Program-made: the position numbers and the translations under genes
Notes under the pieces: model-generated
Databases searched by the model: none
Seen by the model: only the letters and a program-made list of their open reading frames with translations
Told to the model about the DNA's origin: nothing
Part shown: piece by piece, positions 1-7,899 of the stretch
How the letters are laid out: every line of letters begins with the position of its first letter
Position numbering within the stretch: position 1 is the first letter of the stretch
DNA from: an uncultured Acidobacteriota bacterium
GTDB taxonomy: Bacteria > Acidobacteriota > Thermoanaerobaculia > Multivoradales > UBA5704
Assembly: GCA_963770895.1 (NCBI GenBank)
Contig: CAVYRF010000002.1
Coordinates: 2,720,001-2,784,000, forward strand
Direction of reading: 5' to 3'
DNA length: 64,000 bases

Positions 1-2693
1 ACGGCGATGGCGCCGCCGGCAAGCCCCGCCGCCGCCGGCAGCAGCGTCGCCGTTGCCGCCGCCGGCAGCGGCAGCCAGAGTGCCGCCACGCAAAGCCACA
101 GCGCGAGCAGCAGCGCCGCCGGCCACGCCTCCGCCAGGTTGGTGCCGAGGTGGGCCAGGCCGCCGAGCGCGGGCCGCAGCAGCTGCACTCCGGCCGGCAT
201 CGCCAGGCGCGCCAGCTGGTGGTCGAATTCCTCCAGCTGGCTATAGCGGGCGGCATCGGTCAGCGACTCGAAAGCGATCCTGACCGGCAGGACGAAGCGG
301 CCGGATTGGCGAGCCAGCGGCGCCGCGTCCAAGCGCTCGACCGGCGCCAGCAGGGCGGCGGGCAGAACCGGCCCCGCCGCGATGGCCAGCGGCGTGGACA
401 GCACGGCATTGCGCAGCGGCGCGCGGGACGGGTCGAGCGGCGCGCCCGGCAGCGCCAGGACCAGTGCCTGATCGGGCCGGTCCGGCAGCGGCAGCACCGC
501 CAGCGGCTGCGTGCCGGCGGCAAGCGCCGCCGCCACCTGGAGCGCCTGGCCGGGCGGGACGCCCGGGCGCGGCGCCAGCTCGGCCCGCGGTTGCTGCGGC
601 CAGCCGGGCGGCTGCACTCGCTCGCGCTTGATCCGCATCTTGCGCAGGGCCTGCGCCAGGACCTGGTAGCCCTGCTGTAATCGGCCCGGATCGGCGCTGC
701 GCAGGATGCACGTATAGGACCTGGCATCCGCGGCCGTCTCCGGCAGGTCTTCGAGCCCCGGCAAATCCGGCACGACATGGGCCTGCGCCTCGCCGGCGCG
801 GCGTTGCAGCAAGGTGGCGGTTGCCGCCGGCAGGTGCAGCCGCAGCCGGTTGTACAGCAGGTTGAGATGTCCGGGATCGCGCCACTCCGGGGCGACGCGC
901 ACCGCGATGGTGGCGTGCCGCGCGTCGAACAGGCTCCAGAACCGCCGCACCGGATCGAGATGTCCCAGTCCCCGCTCGACCGCGGCGACCTGGTCGTCCA
1001 CCTCTGCCAGGCTGGCCCCCGGCGCCAGCGCGAGCGCCAGGGACAGGTCGGTCTCGCGGGCCGCGGGCGGCGCCGGCCGCAGCTGGTCTCCGGCCAGGAT
1101 CAGCACCAGGACGATGGCCGCCAGGCCCGCGACCAGCACCGCTTCGGGCGCGCGCAGGGCGCGCCGCAAGAGGCGGGGCGCGTGCGGATCGCGGTTTGTC
1201 TTGAGGGGGCGGGCCGTGGGGGGCAGCCCCGCGGGTTCGATGATCTCCGGGACCGCCGGCAGCGCCGGGAGTGGCGGCGGTGCCGGGAGTCGCGGCAGTG
1301 GCGCGAGCGCCGCCAGCGCCGCAAGGGCCGCCAGCGCTGCCAGCGCCGCGACCACAAAGGCGTGGGCCGGTGCCGCCAGCGCCGCGATGTGGATACCGCT
1401 GTCGGCGGCGCCCGCGGCGGTCATGGCGCCGGCGGCGGCGGCGCCAAGGCGCACCGCCAGCGGCACGGCGCAGGCGGCGGCGATTCCGGCGCCCAGCAGC
1501 AGGCGCCGCGGCGTGCCCGCGACCTGGCTGAGCAGCGCCGCGGGCAGCGCCGCCGCAACGCCCGCGGCGAGCGCCGCCAGGGCCGGCGGATCCAGCGCCA
1601 GGTGCGCGGCGCGGCAGGCCGCCAGCGCCGCGGCGGCGGCGGCCGCCACCGCCAGCAGGCCGTCCAGGCCGGCCGCGGCGCCGCCGATCCGCCAGGCCGC
1701 CGCGCCGAAGAGCAGCGCCGCGGCGAGCGCCGCGGCCGCCAGATGCAGCAGCAGCTGGTGGAGGTCCGCGGCGTCGTCGCGCAGCACTTCGGCGGTCACT
1801 CCAGCCGGCAGCCGCGCCAGGGCGCGCCGCAAGCTCGCTGCCCCCTGGCCGCGGCCCGGATCGCGCCTGTAGGTGACCAGCAGCGCCGTCGCCGGCTGCC
1901 CCTGCAAGTGGAACTGGCGCGGCAGCGCCTCGCGTTGCCAGCGCACGTCGGCCAGCGAGGCCAGCCGCCGCGGCCCGGCCGGGCCGGGCACCACGATGGC
2001 CGGCAACGGTCCGTCCGGACCGCGGTCCAGGAGCGCCAGGGCGGAGCTGCCGGACCGTGCGATGCCGAGCGGCGATCGCTCCTGCCAGGCCGCCAGGCTG
2101 GACAACCACCGTGGTGCCGCGGCACCCGGCAAACCCCGCGCTCGCACCACCAGGTCGTCGCGCCAGCCGCCGTGGATCTCGACGCTCTGCACCGCCGGCA
2201 GCGATCGCAGCGACCGTGCCAGCGCCGCGACGGCGCCGCCGCTCACCTTGCCGGACAGAGCGACAAGCGATTGCAGGGCGCCCTGCGAGCCGGTGACGTC
2301 GGTCACGGTCAGCGAGCCGCGACCGCGCAAGCGTGCGGCCAGCGGGCGTAGGTCGCCACGCAGCAGGTGGGCCGCGGCCTCGCCGCTCCCCCGTGCCAGC
2401 CGGATGCGCAACCAGCCGCCGTCGGCGCTCACCTCGCCGGCCGCGGCATCAAACCCCGGCAGGCCGCGCGCCGCGCCTTCCAGCGGCACCATCCACTCCC
2501 CGGCCACCTGGCCGGGGTCCGCCGCGGCAGCCAGCTGGATCTCGGCTTCGACGTCGACCGTGGCGGCGCCCGCCGCCGCATCTGCGCCGCCCTGGATCGG
2601 CACCAGGCGGTATTCGATCGTCCGCGGCGACCAGGTTCCTGCGGCAATCAGGGCCACCGACAGTGCCATGCGCCAGCCGCGCCGGGGATTCAT
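1..2693 (-). CDS. Divergent AcrB/RND-like permease subunit (3' end runs off the window)
   Basis: Not in the ORF track because no stop lies in the window. ATG at 2693 overlaps the upstream TGA (ATGA). Reads MNPRRGWRMALSVALIAAG...EWMVPLEGAARGLPG...PAVQSVEIHGG...LASLADVR...: an N-terminal TM, AcrB-like periplasmic motifs and further hydrophobic segments. The same frame reads a hydrophobic sequence at the window edge. Confidence 0.65.
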   Translation of the reverse strand, partial: MNPRRGWRMALSVALIAAGTWSPRTIEYRLVPIQGGADAAAGAATVDVEAEIQLAAAADPGQVAGEWMVPLEGAARGLPGFDAAAGEVSADGGWLRIRLARGSGEAAAHLLRGDLRPLAARLRGRGSLTVTDVTGSQGALQSLVALSGKVSGGAVAALARSLRSLPAVQSVEIHGGWRDDLVVRARGLPGAAAPRWLSSLAAWQERSPLGIARSGSSALALLDRGPDGPLPAIVVPGPAGPRRLASLADVRWQREALPRQFHLQGQPATALLVTYRRDPGRGQGAASLRRALARLPAGVTAEVLRDDAADLHQLLLHLAAAALAAALLFGAAAWRIGGAAAGLDGLLAVAAAAAAALAACRAAHLALDPPALAALAAGVAAALPAALLSQVAGTPRRLLLGAGIAAACAVPLAVRLGAAAAGAMTAAGAADSGIHIAALAAPAHAFVVAALAALAALAALAALAPLPRLPAPPPLPALPAVPEIIEPAGLPPTARPLKTNRDPHAPRLLRRALRAPEAVLVAGLAAIVLVLILAGDQLRPAPPAARETDLSLALALAPGASLAEVDDQVAAVERGLGHLDPVRRFWSLFDARHATIAVRVAPEWRDPGHLNLLYNRLRLHLPAATATLLQRRAGEAQAHVVPDLPGLEDLPETAADARSYTCILRSADPGRLQQGYQVLAQALRKMRIKRERVQPPGWPQQPRAELAPRPGVPPGQALQVAAALAAGTQPLAVLPLPDRPDQALVLALPGAPLDPSRAPLRNAVLSTPLAIAAGPVLPAALLAPVERLDAAPLARQSGRFVLPVRIAFESLTDAARYSQLEEFDHQLARLAMPAGVQLLRPALGGLAHLGTNLAEAWPAALLLALWLCVAALWLPLPAAATATLLPAAAGLAGGAIA

Positions 2694-5600
2694 TGTGCCG
2701 GCGGCTCCGCCCTGAGGAGCGTCCACAGCACCGGCGCTGCGAACAGCCCGCCCAGCAGCATGCCGGCGCCGCCGCACAGCACGACGCCGGCGAAGGGCCT
2801 GGCCAGGTCGCCCACCGGGCTGCGCAAAACCAGCAAGCCGGCAAGCGCCGGCAACGCCAGCAGGCAGCTGGCAATCAGCGGCCGGAACAGCTCCCCGGCC
2901 GCCGTGGCAGCTGCGGTCGCCGGGCTTGCCGTGGCCGCGGCGGTCGGTGCGATCGCCGTGTTTGCCGCGGTCGCCGTAGTCGCCGCGGTGGTCGCTGCTG
3001 TTGCCGCGGTTGCTGCGGTTACCGCGGTTGCCGTGGCCGGAGTGGCCGCCGCAGTCGCCGGGGTTGCTGCGGTCGCCGTGGTCATCACAGCGGACGTGTC
3101 GCCGGCGTACCTGGCGTCGCTGGGGTTGCTGGCATCGCTGGAGTTGCTGGCGGCGGGGTGCCGCAGTTCGCGCTCGGCTCGCCGCACGAACAGCAGGGCT
3201 GGGCGCAGGCCGAGGGCGCCGATCACCACCCAGCCGACCGCGGCTGGCAGCCGCGAGGGGCCCGGCCAGGCGAGCGCCGCCGCCGTGGCGCAGGCGAGCG
3301 GCGCGATCGTTGCCGCCAGCGCCGCCAGGGTTGCGGCCGCCGCCGGCGTCGCGCCGCGGCGCAGGAAAAGGCCGGCCGCGGCTGCCAGCAGGCCGGCGCC
3401 CAGCGCCACCACGAAGCGGCCGGCGACGGCGGCCGGCGGCAGCGCGGTGCCCGGGACGTAGAGCTGGGCGCCGGGCGGCACCTGCAACCGGCCGAGGGTC
3501 GCGGCGATCGTCCCGGCGCATGGCAACCGCACCGCGGCGTTGCCGTCCAGGCGCCACACCGGCCGCGGCGCCGGTTGCAGGCTGAGGACGGCGAGGGCTT
3601 CCAGGGGGACGATGCCCGCGGCCATGGGAGGGCGGGCCGGGCTCGCCGCGTCCTCGGTCAGGGGCGGGCGCGGTTGGCTCGCCGTGTCGTCGGAGGCCTG
3701 GCCGGCGGCCGGTTCGCCGTTCGGTGCGGCAGCCAGCCGGATGGGGAGGGCCGCCAGGTCGGCCGGAGTCTCGGCGGCAAGGTGGACCTGGGGCGCCAGT
3801 CCGGGAATGTCCAGGTGCCCAAGGTCGCTGCCGCCGAGCGCTGCCGCCACCTGCCGGTCCAGGTCGGCCGCGGTGCCGGCGATGGCGGCCAGTGGGGCCG
3901 GCCGCCAGGTGAGCTGCATCTGCGTCGCGAGCACGGCCGCCGGCGCCGGGTTGCCGCAAAGCCCGGCAACCTGTTGCGCCAGCCGGTCGCGCGCGGCTGG
4001 CGCCGCGCCGCCGGCGTAGACCGCCAGGGGACCGTCCCGCCGGTCCAGGTCCGAGGGCGCCGGCGCCAGGTGGGCGTCGCTCAGGTCGGAGCGCCGGGCC
4101 AGCAGCTGTTGCAGCCGGTCGCGGGCCTGGCGCGCCGCGGCGCCGGTCGGCAGATCGATGCGGATCGCGCCGCCGCCGGCACCGCCGTCGTCCCCGCCGG
4201 GGCCGCTGTCATCGCCGTCACCGTCGGCGTCGTCGTTGGCGTCGCCGAGGCCGCCGCCGGTCGCGTCGCCGTCGATCGCGCCAACGGCGTCGCCGGTCCG
4301 CCGCAGTTGTCGGGCGACAGGCGCCGAACGCGAAGTCACCGCGCCGCCCAGGTCCGCCACCGCGGCGCGAACCGCGTCGTCGAGCGCCCTGCCGTGCGCC
4401 GCCGCGGCATCCGCCGGCAGGTTTGCCGGCAGCGTGAAGGACAGATCCAACCCCGCGGCGCTGTCGGCCGCACCCCCAGGCCTGCCATGGGCGAGCAGCA
4501 CACCGCCCGCGGCCAGCAGGGTCGCGGCTGCCGCGACGCCGGCCAGCGCCAGGCGCGGCCGGGCAAGGCAGCGGCTCAGCAGGCGCAGATACGGCACCGG
4601 AGCCGCAGCCAGATCCAGGCGCCGGCCGCCACGGTCGCCGGGAGCCGTGCCGGCGCCGCCGGCGCGCCACGCGAGCCTGGCGGAGGTCGAAGAGGTCGAG
4701 GCGGTCGAAAGAACCCATGCCGTCGCCGCCGTCAAGGCGCAGGCGACGATCCCCAACCGACCCGCGGCCAGCGCACCGGCCGCCAGAACCACCGCCGCCG
4801 CCACGTTGGCGATCGCCAGGTCCCCCGCCGCCGGCGGCAGGATGCGGTGGCGCGCAAGCTCGCCGCCGCCGCTCACCGGCGGCGCCGCCGCCTGCGCCGG
4901 CAGGGGCGCTGCCGTCGCCGTCACGGGACCGAGCAGCAGCAAGCCGGCGGTGCCGCAAAGTGCGATCAGCGCCAGCAGGTCGGGGGTGGCGCCGGCCGCC
5001 AGCAGCAGGCCGCTGGTCGTCAGCAGTACGGCGGGAACGCCGGCGGCGAGCGCGGCGGCGTGCCGCCAACGGCCCAGAACCCAACGCAGCGGCGCGACGG
5101 CGGCCAGCAAGCCGGCGGCGGCGACCGCACAGAGCAGGAGCAAGCCCTGCCAGGCCTGCTGCCCGCCATCGGTGACCCAGCACAGGCGCAAGCCGTCGGG
5201 AGTGCGGCCGGTGACGTCGGCCAATCGCCGATGCGCGGCGCGCGACAGCGCCGCGTCGTCGGCGCCGGGGGCACGAAAGATCCGCAGCAGCGTCCCTTCG
5301 TGCCCGTCGCGGCGGAACCAGGTGCCGTCGCCGATCGCGCTCGCCTCGACGCGCGCCACGTCGCGCAGGGCGACCGGGCCGCCCGGTGCATCCAGGGAAA
5401 TCGCCGCCAGCTGCGCCAGGCTGGACACCGTTTCCCGCACCACCAGGGGGTGGGTTCCGGCGCCGTCGCGTGCCTGACCGGCCAGGGTCGCAAGGCCCAT
5501 CTGGCGCAGGCGCGCGGCGACGTCGGCGGCTGCCAGGCCGCGCCCCGCCAGAGCCGCCGCCAGCGGGGTGACGACGGCGCGCGGTGTGGCCAGGCCGTAG

Positions 5601-6151
5601 ACCTGGATGCGTTCGACGCCGGGGAGCGCCGCAAGCTCGGGCACCAGGACTTGCGACACGAAGGCCGCCCGCTCGCCGGCCACGGCTTTCGCGCCGGCTC
5701 CATCCGCCGCTCGATCACCCCCGGCATCGACCACGGCCACTTCGAGGCTCGGCAGCGATTCGCCGGCGGTGACCCGCAGCACCAGGTTTTCCAGGCCGAG
5801 GTCGCCGGCGCCGTCCAGAACCTCGCGCGCCGCCAGCCGCAGGCGGTCCAGATCGCCGCCCGGCTCGCTGGCGATCTCCATTCGGACACCGCCGTCCTGC
5901 GTCCTGCTCACCACCGCGGCGACGCCGTCGAGCGCCCGCAGGCGTTGCTCCAGGATGGGGGTGACGCGCTTCAGCAGATCGTGCCCCGGCCGCCCCGGCG
6001 CCGGCGCTTCGACGACCAGGACCGGCGCCTGCCGGTAGGGCAGCAGCCCTTCTCCCCAGCGCGCCAGGCCGAGGGCGCCGAGCAGGGCGATCACCAACCA
6101 GGCCGCCGCCAGGGCGGCCCGCCGCCGCGGCGGTCCGCCGCGGGCGGTCAA
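2690..6151 (-). CDS. Efflux RND transporter permease subunit (AcrB-like, divergent)
   Basis: C-terminal part of ORF 2690..7564. TTG start overlaps the upstream stop (TTGA). AcrB-like motifs VTPILEQRLRALDGV, LAALPGVERIQVYG, VALRDVARVE and C-terminal ARPFAGVVLCGG..GLFAAPVLW. Confidence 0.75.
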   Translation of the reverse strand: MTARGGPPRRRAALAAAWLVIALLGALGLARWGEGLLPYRQAPVLVVEAPAPGRPGHDLLKRVTPILEQRLRALDGVAAVVSRTQDGGVRMEIASEPGGDLDRLRLAAREVLDGAGDLGLENLVLRVTAGESLPSLEVAVVDAGGDRAADGAGAKAVAGERAAFVSQVLVPELAALPGVERIQVYGLATPRAVVTPLAAALAGRGLAAADVAARLRQMGLATLAGQARDGAGTHPLVVRETVSSLAQLAAISLDAPGGPVALRDVARVEASAIGDGTWFRRDGHEGTLLRIFRAPGADDAALSRAAHRRLADVTGRTPDGLRLCWVTDGGQQAWQGLLLLCAVAAAGLLAAVAPLRWVLGRWRHAAALAAGVPAVLLTTSGLLLAAGATPDLLALIALCGTAGLLLLGPVTATAAPLPAQAAAPPVSGGGELARHRILPPAAGDLAIANVAAAVVLAAGALAAGRLGIVACALTAATAWVLSTASTSSTSARLAWRAGGAGTAPGDRGGRRLDLAAAPVPYLRLLSRCLARPRLALAGVAAAATLLAAGGVLLAHGRPGGAADSAAGLDLSFTLPANLPADAAAAHGRALDDAVRAAVADLGGAVTSRSAPVARQLRRTGDAVGAIDGDATGGGLGDANDDADGDGDDSGPGGDDGGAGGGAIRIDLPTGAAARQARDRLQQLLARRSDLSDAHLAPAPSDLDRRDGPLAVYAGGAAPAARDRLAQQVAGLCGNPAPAAVLATQMQLTWRPAPLAAIAGTAADLDRQVAAALGGSDLGHLDIPGLAPQVHLAAETPADLAALPIRLAAAPNGEPAAGQASDDTASQPRPPLTEDAASPARPPMAAGIVPLEALAVLSLQPAPRPVWRLDGNAAVRLPCAGTIAATLGRLQVPPGAQLYVPGTALPPAAVAGRFVVALGAGLLAAAAGLFLRRGATPAAAATLAALAATIAPLACATAAALAWPGPSRLPAAVGWVVIGALGLRPALLFVRRAERELRHPAASNSSDASNPSDARYAGDTSAVMTTATAATPATAAATPATATAVTAATAATAATTAATTATAANTAIAPTAAATASPATAAATAAGELFRPLIASCLLALPALAGLLVLRSPVGDLARPFAGVVLCGGAGMLLGGLFAAPVLWTLLRAEPPAQ

Positions 6152-7899
6152 GGCAGCGGTGCTCCCGCCGCCTCTGCCGGGCCGGTCGAATCGGCGCCCG
6201 GCGGCTCCTCGCGAACGGCGGCACCGTTGCTCAGCGCGGCGGTGCCGTGCACCACCACCTTGTTGCCGGGCCGCAGGCCGCCGATCACCTCCACCCGCCC
6301 GCCGGCGCGCCCGCCGGTCGTCACCGGCTGCAGGCGGGCGCGTGGCGGCTGGCTGCCGGAGACCACGAACGCCGCCTGCCCCGCGGCGGTCATGACCAGC
6401 GCTTCTTCCGGCACGGTGATCGCCTGGCGCGGGTCGAGCGCCACCTCCAGCTGCACGCCTTCGCCGGCGATCGGCTGCCGGCGGACCTGGTCCACCCTGG
6501 CGAGGATGAGGGCGGCGCCGGTGGCATCGACGGCCGGCGGCACCTCGGAGATCGTGACCGTCCCCTGGTCGTCGCCTTCGGCGGTGCGCATGCTGCCGGC
6601 CAGGCCGGCGTGCAGCAGCGCGATCTCGGCGGGCGTGGCGCGCGCGGCGACCTGCAGGTTGCCCGGTCCGACGATCTCCGCCAGCTCGGTGTCGTGCAGT
6701 ACCTGCGAGCCGTCGGGCAGGGTGTTGGCGATCGCCAGGCGGCCGGCCATCGGCGCCCGCACCAGCAGGTGAGCGGCGAGCACCTGGGCGTGCCGGTAGC
6801 GCGCTTCGGCGAGCGATTCCTGCACCTTGGTGTGTTCCAGCTCGACGCGCGGGATCAGCCCCTGCGCGAAGGAGCGCTGGCTGCGATCGAGGTCGGCCTT
6901 TGCCGACTCGAGGGCCAGCCGCGCCTCCTCCAGGCCCAGGTCCAGGGTGGGGTTGGCGATGGTCAGCAGCACCTCGCCCGCCGCCACCTGGGCGCCGGTC
7001 GGCAGCCGCCCCGGAAAGCGGGCGGGGTAGTGCACGACGCCCTCGGCCGGTGCCTTGACCAGCATCGAGCGCGCCGGCCGCAGCACGCCGAGCAGCAGGA
7101 CGGTCGGCTGGAAGGGGGCGCGCTGGACGGTCTCGGTCTGCACCGTCCACATCCGGTCCGCCGGCGGATCGACCGGTTCGGGGCCGCAACCCAGGAGGCT
7201 GAGCAGCACGCCGGCCAGGACCAGGACCGTCGCGGCGAGCGGCGCGGCGCCGGCCAGGCGGCGGCGCGCGAACAGCAGCAGGGCCGCCGCCGCCGCTCCC
7301 AGCACAAGCCAGCTGGCGAGCGCCGTGCCGATCTCGGCGGCGCTGCCAAACACCGCATGCGGCGCCGCTTCGGGCGGCGGCACCGGATTGTGGCCGAGCC
7401 AGGGCCAGGCCGCCGCGGCGCTCAGCAGGGTCGCGGCCCAGGTGCCCCCCGCGGAGGCGAAGCGCGCCCCCCAGAACAGCGCGGCGGCGCCCAGGAAGGC
7501 GGCGGCCATCGCCGGCTGGACCAGGGCCGGCAGCAGCGGGAAGGAGCGGGACGCGTGCAGCCACAGCAGGGCGACGACCAGCCAGCTCTGGGCCGTGGCC
7601 AGCGCGACCAGCAGGGCCAGCCGGCGTTCGAAATAGCGCCCGCCGCGCGGCAGCGCCAGCGCCATCTCAAGGCTGCCGGCGCGGCGCTCGATCGCCACCA
7701 CCTCGGACATGGGCAGCACCCCCAGGAGCAGCAGCGGCAGCAGGACCAGCACGGCATAGAACGTGCGCGGCTGGTCGCCGCCGAACAGCGCCGCGAGCAG
7801 ACCGCCGCCCAGGAGCAGGGCGTCCGCGGCGACGAAGAGCGCGGTCCGGCCGGCGAACGGCAGCGCCAGCTGGCTGGCCAGGCGGGCGCGCCGGTTCAA
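6148..7899 (-). CDS. Fusion of an ABC-2-type permease domain and an RND periplasmic adaptor (MFP/HlyD)
   Basis: TTG start overlaps the upstream stop. The N-terminal half is multi-TM with the motif ERRAGSLEMALALP. The C-terminal half has MFP lipoyl and hairpin motifs (VKAPAEGVV, VRAPMAGRL, ITVPEEAL, VTTGGRAGGRVEVIGGLRPG). Confidence 0.75.
   Translation of the reverse strand: MNRRARLASQLALPFAGRTALFVAADALLLGGGLLAALFGGDQPRTFYAVLVLLPLLLLGVLPMSEVVAIERRAGSLEMALALPRGGRYFERRLALLVALATAQSWLVVALLWLHASRSFPLLPALVQPAMAAAFLGAAALFWGARFASAGGTWAATLLSAAAAWPWLGHNPVPPPEAAPHAVFGSAAEIGTALASWLVLGAAAAALLLFARRRLAGAAPLAATVLVLAGVLLSLLGCGPEPVDPPADRMWTVQTETVQRAPFQPTVLLLGVLRPARSMLVKAPAEGVVHYPARFPGRLPTGAQVAAGEVLLTIANPTLDLGLEEARLALESAKADLDRSQRSFAQGLIPRVELEHTKVQESLAEARYRHAQVLAAHLLVRAPMAGRLAIANTLPDGSQVLHDTELAEIVGPGNLQVAARATPAEIALLHAGLAGSMRTAEGDDQGTVTISEVPPAVDATGAALILARVDQVRRQPIAGEGVQLEVALDPRQAITVPEEALVMTAAGQAAFVVSGSQPPRARLQPVTTGGRAGGRVEVIGGLRPGNKVVVHGTAALSNGAAVREEPPGADSTGPAEAAGAPLP

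Noticed and set aside
2333-6772. 1479-aa plus-strand ORF
   Set aside because: Antisense shadow of the RND/MFP genes; Arg/Gly-rich with no motifs, as expected at very high GC.
6152-7564. N-terminal extension of ORF 2690..7564
   Set aside because: It overlaps the permease-MFP gene in another frame; the TTGA overlap at 6148-6151 gives a better start.
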